This document shows positions 26,959 to 41,100 of a DNA stretch of 64,000 nucleotides, one piece after another. The notes below the pieces were generated by a model, which saw only the letters and a list, made by a program, of their open reading frames with translations, searched no databases and had not been told where the DNA came from. The position numbers were made by a program, and so were the translations under genes. Each line of letters starts with the position of its first letter. Positions within the stretch are counted from its first letter, which is position 1. Origin of the DNA: Tubiluchus corallicola (Eukaryota; Animalia; Priapulida); the NCBI GenBank assembly GCA_030141605.1, contig JAQGDQ010000747.1, positions 38,683-102,682 of the forward strand. The letters are read 5' to 3'.

Positions 26959-29900
26959 GAAGTAAAAACCAGCCTGATATGAACTTTCAAACGTCAGTAA
27001 TGTCGACCTAGAAGCTTTTACAAACACGTCCGACGGCCTATGTGAACACAATTTACAAAGCCATTATTTCTCATGGTCTTATGGAAGAAATGGTTTCTCT
27101 AAATAAAACAAGTGCGAACACGGAAAACATTTCACTGGCTAAATAGTAAAATTCAATAAATATGCCGAAATTTGGCAGTGTAGGCCGTACAGTTAGTTGT
27201 ACAAATTCTTATATACCCTGTATATTGTGAAGGAAAATATGCCTTGATGTATGCAAGACAAAAATATCAGCGGCGAAATATATTTTTCTATTTTCTTTTC
27301 AGTAAATTTTCAATTTTTTATTACACGTTACTTCATCTAAAACAGAAGAATTCACAACTATAGGGTATGTTCAGTTGTATTGCAGATCGTTTAACTATCA
27401 GCACTTCTTGTTCGATCATTGTATCCTTAGAAGAAATTTTATAGATATGTCTAAGGTGTTTTTATAAGATATTTAGTGAGACTTCCCATGTAAAAAACAC
27501 TATTATACGTGATAGTACATGTAAAAATTGCATGATCATACTGATATCAGTACTTAGGGGCTGTTTTGTTAGCAGTAACAAAATAATTTCAATTTTCATG
27601 CAACAGATATACAAGTTACATGGCTTGAAGTAACCGATTTTGCATATTAGGTCAACGTTATTTTCAACTTTTTTTAAATTATCATTTCCATTTTGAATTT
27701 AAGTCGCTGTCAATTTCAGCAGCAACATCTCCAGCTGTGTATGAATGTGTAAATAGTGTATGTAATTGACAGTATAACGGTATAGTAACAAAACAACTTG
27801 TTACAAATTTTGTAGCATACAAAGTTTTCTCTTAAATGAAAATGCTGTCATATAGTGACACAGATGTTGTAAATAAATAACAAGGATTGTAAACAAATTG
27901 TTATTTATTGTTGCGTACATGTATATCGATATTAAGAATGGAAAAATATATGCATGTACATTTTTAAATTCAAAAGTTTTGTTGTTTATAGATTTGAGCA
28001 ATATATTGTTACGGGGGCGAAATGCCATTTATTTTCGACTCTCCCCCTTCTACAATGTGATGGACTTGTCCGTACGAAGCCATTGCATAGTGGCGTTGAA
28101 TACCGGATATAAAACCATCGCTATGAAATGGCGTCGTCGATTCAGTAGGCGAACGGGTCAGGTGCTTTTACCAGCTAAGCACCTGTTCCATAATCGCAAC
28201 CAACATGAAGAACAGGTGATTGAAGTCTGGCAGTTTCTTACTATGATTTTTTTATTTTTTACGTCGTCCTGTGTTATTTATGCTGACTATGATTAAGCAG
28301 CAAGTGCTCGACCTACTGCATCACAAAATCATTAACCTGTGTCCCAGCTTACTCTTAGCTGCGAGTATGCATCGGCTTCGTAATGGACAGAACTATTATT
28401 ATGATGATGACTATATTATCCACATTGACTGATTTTATTGAAGCAATTAATTTGCCAAACCGTGAGCGAAATTAGTAGGTCTTTTTGCCTTACCACATTG
28501 ACACTTCTATTCAGGCGAGATTTTGTTATCCGGATTTACTAAAAACAACGTATTGCGCAAACACATTACAGGAAAAACTATTAATTACAGGACATTTGCT
28601 AAGAATTATTCAGTGTACTAAATAATAAAATTATGTGCTTGTAGGTGACATTCTCTCAGTAAATTAGTTAAAACAAAAGCACAAGGTGAAAAGGAGAGCA
28701 TATAATGGAAAGCTTAACAAAATAATATTGAAACCTATAAAAGCCCTCTTTAATACACAATTAATACAGTGTTAAGTAATTTTTTTCAATGAGCAAATTG
28801 TCATCTTATGAAACGTCATTGTTCATAATTTTTGTTCATAGCCAATTTACTTATCAGTGCTATAATACTAATGTTGCGCATTCGACTGGCGTGCTATTTC
28901 AAACAGCAACACGTTGCACTCCACCAAACTAATTAACTAATCATGTTGCAGTGCGTTTTTTAAGAAATTGTTACGAGAGGGAGTATTTTACCTAATGACC
29001 CAACAAGCAGCTAGGAAATCATGGGGGGACTGCTGTAAACTCTCCCAGCGGATCCGGTGCCCCTGCAACCGATACATTTTACAATAGATTCAGATTAGAT
29101 TTATTATATACAGAGCCTACGAATTCATGTAAATACAGAACAATATGCAACATACAAAATTTATAAATCATCAGCACATAAAAACACATGTATCTCTTTT
29201 AGTTTTACACAACGCCACCATACTGATGGACCTGAAAATAAATACCTAAAAGTGGAAAATGACTAACTGTAACACTATTACAAAATTATTGATCATGAGA
29301 GGCGTAAGGGGCATACGGTACCAGTTTCCACGTTAAAAAGGTTCTGAATCGTGGTTCACCGGTATTATAATTGTACTTCGGATTTTCCGCATCAAAAAAA
29401 CCTCATTTAGGAAAACAGTTAAGTTTTGTTAACGAGGCTAGTTTTCTTTTGGTTGATTGAAATGCATTTATCTATTAAACTGCATAAATGCTTGCTTAGA
29501 ACACATGTATAGTGGTAATGTGTCTTGGTACATAAAACCTTTTACTTTGTAATGTCGCGCAAACAGACAATCGCCAAAAGAATTTTATCATGCAGTTTGA
29601 AACAAAACGCAACAAACTTATAGCGTATAAAAATTAACTGAAAACGCCCAAGAAAATAAACTGCGTTATCAAAGTTGTTACGTATTAGTGTTAATGTAGA
29701 TTTTTGGACGATAAAGTCTGTATAATTTAAACTGGTGTTATGTAGGCATACATTAACAATTTAACAGTTTTAGTAAGTTTTAGTCTACATTATGTTATGT
29801 TTGTTCGATTAATAGTTGTAAAATAAACTCACTTTGCACGTACCTTTATTAACGTACATTAAAGATGAATGACTATTAACATGGCGCATTATAATTATTT

Positions 29901-31199
29901 TTCGGTGAGATCAACGTTCTCTACAAGTTTTTGCTACAGCACAATCTTCTTAGAACTTATACACTTACTTATATATATATATATACTTATTTATTTACCT
30001 GTTTATTAATTAATTAATCTAATTGTTTGTTTACTTAGAATTCTGCAAGTCATCGCAGAATTTTACACTCTGCAAACTGTTTATTATCCTCTACTATGAC
30101 GCTGAATGACTCGAAAACTACACCACCTAGTGTCACAAAATTTACAAGATAAACTGAGTAAGTGTGCCAGATTCTTTGGATCAGTGACCGGTAATAAAAT
30201 CACAGGAAAAGCCGCAGGAAAAAAGTCACGATTAACGTTGGCTAGGGTTATGCACAGGGGTCAGAGTTAGGGTTATTTGTTTTTTCTGTGACTTTTTTAC
30301 CTGAGACCTTTTTACCTTTTTTCCTTGTCTCAAAGGGTCAACGACACTAGACGTTGGTCTTTTGTCTACTGCAGCTCAACTTCTTCCATGACTTTAACTA
30401 AATTCGCATTTTTTCACATGTATTTTTGTATTGTGTGTTAGACGTGTGCACTAGCAGATTTAAAAAGGTGGCGTGCTATTAACTTCCAAGAGAGGGGACC
30501 AAAATGCAAAAACTGGGTACTCATTTTGTTAACATTTATGGGAATGACTTATGTGCAAGGCTACGAACAGGATATTGCAAAACACACTCTCAAGGTGAGA
30601 AACATAGGTAGGGAGAACTATATTTTACATGCTTACATATGACACGATAGTCCGGGTAAAATAGGGCCGGGGTGAGTGATCATCATATGTTTTTCATTTT
30701 CGGCACTCCGCGACCTGAAATCTAGCACTCAGCTGCAGGAGCTACTATTCCTTGTATGGGATTGTGGCAAGACCGAAATCTATCTGATTCACATAAATAA
30801 TCATCTCAGATGAGTCACTGATATGAACCGATAAAAGTGTCTTTGCCACATTTGGGCGAGCGTGCATCCTCCCTCAATGGGAGAAACAATGCGAAAGTGA
30901 TGTGGCATGCCAGTTTTCTTAGCGGCGGTCACCGAACATTTTAGTAATCAGTCTCAACGTTACTTAACTTACTATCAAAATATGGAAACCTGTGTATTTT
31001 CATTGGTTGATTAAAACTCAACGCCCTGACATCGACGCAAAGTCTGCGCGTCCCTCGTTCCCGTCTACCTGCAGTGACCAGATTCATTTTCATTCAACTG
31101 TATATACCTATCTGCAGTAACAAGAATCATCCTGATAGTAGTAAAGAGGTACTTGATGATTATCCCATTTCGTGTAGAATTTTTTAAGTTGTGACCAAC

Positions 31200-31329
31200 A
31201 TGACAACCGTTATCACGTCAACGCTGGACATTGCTAATCACACAACTGTTGAACCGGAAGGCGACTGGGTGATAAAAGTCCCGTTTGCCAGGGGAATGAC
31301 TTATTTGGTTTTTCAAATCGTGACATGTG
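31200..31329 (+). CDS. Class A (melatonin-receptor-like) GPCR, exon 1 of 6 (join 31200-31329, 31912-32055, 36754-36908, 37870-37994, 42584-42725, 43476-43814 = 344 aa)
   Basis: caacATG start, MTTVITSTLDIANHTTVEPEGDW...GMTYLVFQIVTC with an NHT glycosylation sequon and the start of TM1. Donor G|gtaagt, phase 1. Confidence 0.8.
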
Positions 31330-31911
31330 GTAAGTTTGCCTGAAACTTGAACTTATGTTTAATATCAAGATATTAGCGTTAAGAATAACGTCATAATGTC
31401 AAGATATTATGAAACTTATTTATATTAATTAGTTACCAGTTTTAATGCCTTTATAATTAGTGTGGTATTAATAAAATATTTATTAAAATCCTATTACGTG
31501 TTTCGCCGGTGCAATGCATTTTTCCTTCAACTGCTTTTTAGAATAACGTTGTGTTTTATTTGTATTGTACTCCCTGGAGAAACGCTGTCGCGAAGCACGA
31601 GTAGTATGACAAGAAATTCTGTTAATTACATGTAGACTAACCTTTAAGACATAAGCAGGTGCCAGTCCTTCTTATTATGCCAAAAATCTGGTCACTGATC
31701 ACAGACATTTTGGAACTCAGAACTCTTGTGTATAACGAATAACCGGGATTTCTTGTCAGACAATTTATGGACAGTTTTCGTGAGCGAAAGCTAGCAAGTC
31801 ACTGAGACTCGAAGAAGACTTTCGTGGCTCAGGCTTGATTATGCACATCACAAGTAGACAGTTGTAGCTTACATAATATCAATAAATTCTACATCGGTGC
31901 TTTATTTGCAG

Positions 31912-32055
31912 CGATTGGCTTATGCGGGAACATTTTGGTCATATTGACAATTTGTTTCTATAAACCACTGCGGAATTCAAGCAGCATGTTTCTTCTGAAT
32001 CTGGCAGTGACGGACACCTTTGTAACGGGGATGTTTACACCAATGGGAATCTGGG
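31912..32055 (+). CDS. GPCR exon 2 (TM1-TM2)
   Basis: AIGLCGNILVILTICFYKPLRNSSSMFLLNLAVTD carries the GNxxV and NLAxxD motifs. Canonical splice sites, phase 1-1. Confidence 0.92.
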
Positions 32056-34662
32056 GTAAGTTAAATATTTCATAAAGAATATTGTTACCGGGCGCAATAC
32101 AATTTATTTTTGACCACCCCTCTACATCGTGATGCTCAATCTATTATGGCCCACTCAGCGAGGTACCTTCGATTGGAATTCCAGCAAGTTTCTTTTTAAC
32201 TTTCTGTTCTTCTTTGGATTCAACTGTACAACGCCAGGTTTCAAATTTCAATACCTGTTTATGGATAAATCTGGAAACAAACCAAGGCTTCCAACTATCC
32301 AAAGCGGCGGGAATAAATCGACCAAGGGAGTTACCCAGCAGAGCCCGCTGGTAGGGGAACCAAGCTCCATTATACTTTATTTTTTATTTGACCCACAATA
32401 AAATATGTCAAAACGTTTTGTCAATGACACACTGATGTGCGCCGGGAGACCCATACATGCTGAAACGCCGCAAAACATACTGGGGACCCTGACCTTCAAA
32501 ACAACAGGTAAATATGATTAACAATGAGTTTTTGACGGGTGATATCTGCAAATAGGCTCTGTAGGATTTTTTCGATTGTTGTTGACATACGCATTGCGTA
32601 ACGTGAAATGGGATAATTTTATTTATATATAGAACACATAGGATCATCTTAATTTGCGATGATTGTTCCAATTATCAAGTATGCAAATATCTGAACAAAT
32701 GTTAAAAGTACTAATATTATATGGAAAAATGATTTGCAATGCCGGGTAAAGGTTAAATAGTAATGAGTGTGAACATTGTCAATTACATGACGTGGAAAAT
32801 TGTTAGTTAAATTAAAAATAGTATATTCAAATAGTTTACCTTGGTGAAAGTATTCAGGACTGGGACGTGGGAGAACTGAACCTAACCACGGATACCTTTT
32901 GGACGCCTGTGCATTCAATTCAACACTCATGGCTAAAGACAGCGTCATGTTTATTGAATCCGGCCCGGATGGAGCCAGCCGTACGAGCCTTAACTCCATT
33001 AAATTTTCAGTCATATAATTTATCTTTCAGCAATTTGATTCATTTGCAATATTTTTCACTTAGTTTTTGTTGTAAATTGTCTTGCTTTGTAAATTTAATA
33101 CTTCAATGCACTTACTTAAACTGATATAAAAAGAAAAACAATTATTTGCAATGCTAACACATACTTATTTACAGGTAATATACAACAACATAAAAATTGA
33201 CAAAAGTGCAAACATAACGAAAGTGGTTCTTGTCATATCTTAGAGAAGTAATTACACAATTAACCTATTACACCTTCATCATAAGTCAAGTGCTATTAGT
33301 CTACGAAATAATAATTTACTGTCTAGAACGGGGGTAATGTCTGTACTTTATTAACACAGTATATTATGTATTACCAATGACTTACGACGAAAAACAAGTT
33401 TAAATGACGTCCGATATTCATATATTGCTAAAATAGGTAAGTTAGAAGAGTAAGATCAGCACGAGGCCAGAAAGGATCGGAAATGGATTCTATTAGCTAA
33501 GCATGCAGCTTCGTAGTAGCGTCGGCAAATGTTTAAAGTACATCGCGAAAGTTTTACATCTACAACAGACTCCAACACATACAGGCAAACAAACAAGCTG
33601 CATTTTATTATGTATCTGAAATGAAAAAAAGTATGTTGGACTTTCCCCAGATTGTCAGAATCTTTCCGGGGTATTTTATGCATGGATGGGGTCGACTTGC
33701 AAATTTGCGAAATGTATAAAGGCTAAAAATTTAACGATCTTGATTTCAGTCTAGTTAAAATGTACGTAACTTACAGCTGAAAAAGTCAGGTTTTTTTAAA
33801 TGAACGGGCAACAAATGTGAACTTTAGAAACGAATGTGACTATTTTTGGACGATTCATTTCAATTCCTTTTTCAATATGAAACCTCCAAATTGCCTAAGA
33901 ATTCTGGCACACTACGTAATCCGGTTACTGCTTTGCAGTCAAACGAACGTTTCATCCAACGAATTTATAAGGTAATTATTTATGTCATGTAAAAGTTGGG
34001 CCAGGAAATATCAATAAAGAAGGTTTCAAGTAATTTTTTTAAAAAAGTGATGTGGCGAGACTTATAGTGTACGAAGAAACCACAAGTATATATGAGTTGA
34101 ATAGCTTTGAAATGAATTAAAAACCCTAATGTGAATCTTAAACGTTGTTTGAGTATGAAGGAGCCAGCATTGTCAATGGACCCCGAGTCATTTAAGAAGG
34201 AGATTGCTAATGACATCAGCCCAATATCAGTGCTCATAGGTAATATGGCACGTGTTCAACAAATACATCGTTGTGCTAAATTTTTGAATTAAGCGTTAAG
34301 TTAAGCATTAATATCAGTGCCAATGTGTGAAAAACCATAGATTAAATGCAATGCTACGTATGCGTGCTATAAATCCATGGCGAAAAACACTATACCTGAT
34401 TTGTCTTGACATCTTGACTCTCCATAAAATGCTTAGGTATTCTATAAAATGCCCAGATTTATACTTTGCCTGTCACATACTATAATTTATTTCGCAACAT
34501 ACATTTACAACATCAATATTTAGTAAATACTATACATACACATAATAATTATATATACACGATCAATTAGCTAAGCATGACAACTGAAAAAGGTATAGAG
34601 TAATGCCAAATACGTATCTCACTCAGGCACCATTTAATAAATAAATGCGTGCTTTTGCAACT

Positions 34663-35757
34663 TCAGACGTACTGTTTTTCTGGAAATTTTATGGAATAAA
34701 AAAGCATGCGTGCATTAGAAATAGTGAAGGATGCTTTTTTCTTGAAAAGCATCGTTTGGGAAAAGGCGAGTCGTTTAGTTTGATTAGATGAAAAACACGT
34801 GTGCATTCGAGAAAAAAAACACTTGTTTTTTTCAGTAAGGAAAGCTTTAGCTCCACCGTCATTTTCGCGACTTCTCCTTTCGAGATAGTATGCGTGCATT
34901 CTAAAAAAATGACATGTACTTTTCTCCATTGGAAACCGTGTTTTTTTTTACATTATTGGGCCATTACATACTGTAAAGTGCCTATCTTGTCACTAAAAAT
35001 ATTATCCTATAGAGGAGCATTTCTACGTGCTAGGTCATCCCTGGCTCTGCCTAACGGCAATCGATATTTAAACTATTTTTCGGTATAGAGTAGTGCACAA
35101 CCTGTGCAAAATTTGCTCTGTGCGTAACAGTTGTAATATATTGCATTATAATTTTAATAACAAAACAAAAAGGCTTGAGAGCATAAAGCGATTGAATGTA
35201 AAAACTCACGCAGTCAATGGCTCGAAATCCAAATGCAAATGTCCTTTACCATACGAAAAAGTAATTCAGCCATACGAATTTCACGAATTTTACACTTCGT
35301 TTATGACCAATGCTGGGGGCAGACTGAGGCAAGTGTGACTAGCATACTCGGAAAAGGAGGCGGACACTACCTTCGTCTTCTCCTTAACTATTGTGTTTTG
35401 ATTAAAATCGGCTGATTAAAAAATTGCATGACAGAATCCTTTACAGCACAGCAGCTGGTATAAACATACGATATGCCGCCAAAATCCATACATAGCAAGC
35501 AGAAAAAGGTTTTCGAAAGCAGAATCACGCGTGCTTTTTGACAGTTCGCGTCATTTCTAGAAAGGACGCATATAAGATCACATCGTTTCTAGAAAGCAAG
35601 CGTGATTTTATAAGCTCGCGTCGTTTTTCTGCCACACGTGTCCTTTCTAGCAAGTCGGTACCGGAAAATGAAAATGATTTTTTATCCAATCATATTTCGA
35701 GAAAAGCAGTGCGTTCTTTAAAAAAAGACGCGTCATTTCGCAGAAAAAGTACCTGTC
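34663..35757. mobile_element. Degenerate foldback/MITE-like element with subterminal short-repeat arrays in GPCR intron 2
   Basis: Ends cagacgtactgtttttctggaaat and atttcgcagaaaaagtacctg are imperfect inverted repeats. Both ~260 bp terminal regions are built of recurring (a/g)cgcgt(g/c)..ttctagaaa-like motifs. Confidence 0.45.
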
Positions 35758-35936
35758 GTTAGTTAGTGGTGGCAATGATAAATCACGGTGGAGTTTAGAA
35801 ACTACGCATGTATTATAGCACGCGAAAGACGCTCGAGTATTTGGCGCTAATTTATTCAGCTCAGTTCAGCTTTGAAAAACCAGTTATCCACTATTGATTA
35901 AATATTATTATTTCCGATCGACACGATTACATGAAA

Positions 35937-36152
35937 GTGATCATTACATAAAAAAGGTTAGCACATTAACATGTTAAAATAAAGTAAGCGATTGCAGATT
36001 AGTAGTAAGAACGATTTATAAATAGCGATATGGTATGAATGATGTGATCATTACATAAAAAAGGTTAGCACATTAACATGTTAAAATAAAGTAAGCGATT
36101 GCAGATTAGTAGTAAGAACGATTTATAAATAGCGATATGGTATGAATGATGT
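35937..36152. repeat. Perfect tandem duplication, 107 bp x 2
   Basis: gtgatcattacataaaaaagg...ggtatgaatgat starts at 35937 and again at 36044, with no differences seen. Confidence 0.95.
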
Positions 36153-36159
36153 CATATGT

Positions 36160-36640
36160 CATATAGACGGTACGATATAAGATTAATAAAAAATTATATC
36201 GAGACGATGTACCTATGTATACCTTCAGCTAATTATTGTTCAGAAAGGAAAACTCTCCATTGCCCATGCATTTTAAAATCTCCAATACAAATTCTTTGAT
36301 TATATTAGCGTTTTCATTTAGCAGAGCTTTGCTCAAGATAATTGTATTAGTGGATTCGCGTTTCTTTATAAGATAATTAACAGTAATATTATATTTATTA
36401 CAAATATGTGCAATATTAAAACCCATAATCGATGTAACGTTTAAGGCAGCATGACAAGCCAAGAACCTGATTACATTATTTTGGCTGTTTATACCTGATA
36501 CATAAAATTTAATGAATTTTTTACAAAACTGATTCATATACGTCCAGAAAATCTCATAAGCAATTAACAACTACATAATTAGCTTTTTTAAAGATTTGAT
36601 TAGAACCAGCTATAACGCACAGCGGGCCAATATATGCCAA
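36160..36640 (-). mobile_element. 3' fragment of an L2-group (Daphne/Crack-like) LINE
   Basis: Minus ORF 36229-36570 (KFIKFYVSGINSQNNVIRFLA...SIMGFN) resembles the post-RT C-terminus of L2-group ORF2 and is followed by an AT-rich tail. Confidence 0.45.
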
Positions 36641-36753
36641 AATTTCATGGTGTTTTAAGTTGCTTTACTTACACTGATATGTTGCACTGTCATGAGTTGA
36701 CAATAACATAAGCTACAATTTACGTATGAAGCTTTTTATTTAATGTTTTGCAG

Positions 36754-36908
36754 GATTCGTGGACATTGAAGCCTTACAAATTCGGCCAGGTTTTTGTGTA
36801 TTTGTCGGCTTGTTGTGTGTGATTATCTGCAATGCGTCGTTATTCACCTTAATGATGATCAGCATTAGCCGCATGACAGCAATATGCTACAACAGCCTTC
36901 ACACACAG
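36754..36908 (+). CDS. GPCR exon 3 (ECL1-TM3)
   Basis: GFVDIEALQIRPGFCVFVGLLCVIICNASLFTLMMISISRMTAICYNSLHTQ has the TM3 Cys, SxxxL, and SRM at the DRY position. Splice sites gcag| and |gtatgt. Confidence 0.92.
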
Positions 36909-37869
36909 GTATGTTAAATAACAGGAAATCATCACGGAACTATTAACACGTTTGTTTGTCTCTCAAAGGGAAATGCGAGAGAGAGATTCAGAAAGCACAT
37001 AGACACAGAACAGAAAACGGTTATTTCTAAAATTAAAACTCTTTGTAACTTTCATTAACTATTAACACGTACATATTCAACGTGACACATAAGGGCCTAC
37101 ACAGTACGACATGCAACACATACATTTTTGTGCACTTTGGCACACAGCAAGACACAATCCACACTCTGTAGACGCCATAAAGCTGTATCAACCGATACAG
37201 CTCACTGATAATGCCTAATAGTTGTGGTTCGACGAGAACCTTGCTGATCATCAAGGATAATCCTTAACATGAGACAAACTACTAGCAAAAAGCCACATTC
37301 AGATTTTTTGAATACCCACTTTCTCAACAAGAGCGATAATTAAGGCCAATATGCCTGATGAAATCACACAAAATAGTCTCTGGATGCTATCCACCTATTT
37401 ACTAATCAAATATGCGCAGCTTGTCTATGATAAGCAGATTTCTTGGTGATGTTTAATATGAATTGAAGTATGTGAGTAAATGCCCTATAGGTCTTTGGTA
37501 GAGCCTGGACGTCTTTCCTAAAATTAGAAGATTGTAGTTTATTTTGTTGCTGCTTGCAGTCGAACAGATGAATTGAGGAAAACAGAAAACCGGCGAGTGG
37601 GAATCTATTTCCGCTGAAATAGTGTATATGTAACTGAAAATCACTTCAGCGTTGCCGCAAGTACATAAATGTGAACATGCCTTAAGCCAAAGATTGAGAA
37701 TAAATTTTCGACAGTTTAGTGGCGTACACAATTTTTTACAAAAATCTATTGAAACGTTTTTTAATCAACTGTCCTAGTTACTGGTTATTAATTTAGAAGA
37801 GACTGCTCATTACTTTGGTGGCAGTAGTCAGCAACTTCTCAACTGCTTTATTTATTTTTTTTCTTTCAG

Positions 37870-37994
37870 TTGTTCTCAGTCAAAGGATCTTTGGTATTTA
37901 TTAGTCTTATTTGGACTGCAGTCATAATCATTAATGTACCAGCGTTATCCACTAGAGTGTACCCAAAAGGCAATGGCTTCTGGCTGGAACCTAG
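37870..37994 (+). CDS. GPCR exon 4 (TM4-ECL2; ends at a GC donor)
   Basis: Long polypyrimidine acceptor, LFSVKGSLVFISLIWTAVIIINVP (TM4 W and P). Only AG|gcgagg gives the phase 2 needed for exon 5. Confidence 0.85.
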
Positions 37995-38096
37995 GCGAGG
38001 AACTTTTCTACACTGTTAATTAAAAATAAATTAAGTAATTAATCAACTGTAATGAATAACCTATAAATGATTTCATTTTATACACAGACAGAATGA

Positions 38097-38102
38097 CAGA
38101 GA

Positions 38103-38182
<80 letters not shown>

Positions 38183-38197
38183 GAGAGAAAGAGAGAG
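38097..38197. repeat. (GA)n microsatellite, left flank of the LINE insertion
   Basis: GA run abutting the LINE 3' tail. Confidence 0.97.
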
Positions 38198-41100
38198 ATT
38201 TGATTGATTTAATTCTTTATTTCAAACATAAGTTCATATTATAATTTACATATATACAAAATACAACATCATAAAAACAAAAAATCAATAAAAACAAATC
38301 GCACACAAACTTAGATAAACATGAATATTACAATAATAGTCTCCACCATTGCTGTATTATGTGCGATGTAAATTTAGCATCGCTTACTAAAATTTTCTGG
38401 CACATTACCGGTTAATTATCACTAGTATCAAATCTTTTCATTAAACTTAACACAGATTTTCTACGTAATACACCAAAATACATCACGCGAATTTCAACAC
38501 TCATCTCACGAGCACTGTCATCATATGCATATCCAAAAAATAATCTTTTTGACCATTGTGCCCAATTTTGAGTTTTAGTCATCTCGGTTATCATTTGAAA
38601 TAAAATGTCCCAAATATTTTTCATTATCACGGGTACGTAAAACATTATTATCTAGTTTGATGTTACCAAACATAAAAGTTCTCATGATGTTTGAATTAAC
38701 AGACTTAAGTTTAGTTTTAGCTACATTGATATTTATGTCATACTGTCCAGCATACAATTTATACACATCTAGTAGTTGCTGTAGGGTCATAATCGTTGCT
38801 AACAAACAAACATCGTCGGCGTACATCAGGTGGTTCATAACGATGCTCGAGACATTGCAACCAAGCTGGGTTGATGAAAGCTTAACACTTAGATCTTTAA
38901 AATAAAAATTAAAAAGAAAAGGCGACATCTTGCCACCTTGGCGTACTCCATTTCCAGTATTAAAAGTTATAGACCTGACAGACATGCCTTGTTGCGTGTA
39001 ATAAAATGTGAGCAAGCGGATTACAATATTCGGGATTGAAGTCTTTGTGAGTTTGAGAAAACTTGAAGAAATTAACCCTATCAAATGCCTTTGACGCGTC
39101 GATAAAAACAATGTGAACAGAGCTATCACGACCAATGTAGTAGTCAATGATCTCCTTTAATGTGTTTATTGCAATTTCAGTGCCAAGTTTTTCTACATAA
39201 CTAAACTGATTAGGAGTTGTTGGAATATACTGTTTGTATCTGTTAAGTAATAAAATTTCGAATATTTTGCTGGCAATAGAAGCTAGTGCAATTGGCCTAT
39301 AGTTATTTGCATTCGTAATGTCTTCATTTTTATCTTTTACTAAAGGAATTAATATAGACATCATTAGCGATTCAGGAAAAAAGCCGTGAATCAAACAGGA
39401 GCTAAATAACAAGGATAAAAGAACCGATAACATTGAGGAAGAATACTTAAAATGTTCGGCCGGTATACCATCATAACCTGCAGATTTCTGCAAAGTTATG
39501 TGCCGATTGCATCTTGCACTTCTCTAACAGTAAACTTGGGTATAATATGCATATCTTCTGCAAGGGCCTGGAGCAGTTGCGCCTCCAAATTTCCATTATC
39601 AACCGAATTAAAAAGAACGCCATAGTGCGCCGCCCACATATTACAAATGTTGTTTTCCCCTGTTACGTTATTAACGCTAGAGGGAAGGGGAAGTTTAGAA
39701 TTTGTTTCTTTCTTTATTGTTTTCCAAAACTGTTAGGAGTTGCAATGCATAAGACGGTAGGCAATTTTGTCTGATATAATACTTTACTGATTTTTTTTAC
39801 AACTGCGTAGGGCATATTTAAATTGAGCACGCGCTCGACGCATTTCTTCTGCAATAGGACCGCTGTGAGGTTTACCTAGCATACGCCAATTGACAAAGCA
39901 TCGTCGTGAATAACTGTGTTTTTCGGCAGCAAAGTCATTCCACCCTGGTACAGAGTTCCAAGAGTTTCTCTTTCTTTCATTAATGGGAAAAGCTTGTGAG
40001 AGTGTTAATTATCGCATCATGAAAACTGGTTATTTCTTGCCTGTGTGCATCACTGCTACAATGAATATCAGAGCACAGGACTGTAGAGTATGGTACTAAT
40101 GCATCAAGTAAAGTCGCATGTGTCATAAAATTATAATTACCCAGTTGAACATTACTCCAATCCGGGGCATGTTTTGCAACATAATTTTGGTTTGAAGCGT
40201 TTAGGCTTAATGCACAATTGGTATTTACAGGGCTGTCTGACGAGCCAGAAACTAGGCTGTCTACATCGAAAACTGCAATTAATGGCATGCGATCACGTAC
40301 AGTCAGATCATAATTTATATTAATCATATTGATCAACTCGTTTGCTGCTTCGGTGCAAACAATGTGTTGTGAGCTGCACTAACATCCGAAATAAAGTAAT
40401 TATTAGCCGAACAATTATCAGCTAATTCACGAAAAAGGTCTTTGCTGGATGAGCATTATAGTCTCCGATAAAGCAAACATAGCTTGACGTAGTTTCTTCA
40501 ATATATGCATTAAGCTTACCAAGACAAAGTCTAAAATCATCTAAATTATCATCAGATTCACATGGAAAGTACACGTGATAAAAAAACAAGAGGCATAAGT
40601 TTTCCAGGCAGTTTCATAGAAAACCCCATTATTCTATATTCGTTTTCATATATCAGAACATTATGTTCACCCGGCAGTGATTTTCGCCAGAGAACAGCTA
40701 GACCTCCCTGAGGTCTACCATCAAGCAACCCTTTAGACAAATCAGTGGGTGAAACATCTCTCCCATAAAAAGATGGATGTATTTTAGACAAGTGACCTAA
40801 GTCCTGCTTAGGCAACATAGTTTCTTGGAGCAGAATTATATCAAACTCATTACACAGTTCACTTATGACAAACTTTGAGTAATTAGTAATTGAGTTACAA
40901 TTGTAACTTACAATTTTTAGAGTTTTTAATACATTGTCGCTATCCATTTCAAGATTTTCCATCACTCGAAGCAACAGAACTCATTAAGTCCCAGGAACGT
41001 TGATTTGCTGCCAAGAGTGCCAAGCTCGCTTGCGTTGTATGTCCAGCGTCGGTAGATTGCGCAGTATCAACCACGGATTGTGACTGGTCGCTTGTCTTAG

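Noticed and set aside
30760-30852. Stem tgtggcaagac/gtctttgccaca enclosing CGAAA and CTGA motifs, a possible hammerhead ribozyme
   Set aside because: No correctly placed CTGANGA core or stem III; needs an Infernal search.
34154-34293. Short coding-looking frame (MKEPALSMDPESFKKEIANDISPISV...) in GPCR intron 2
   Set aside because: No recognisable motif or compatible splice sites; at most a transposase remnant.
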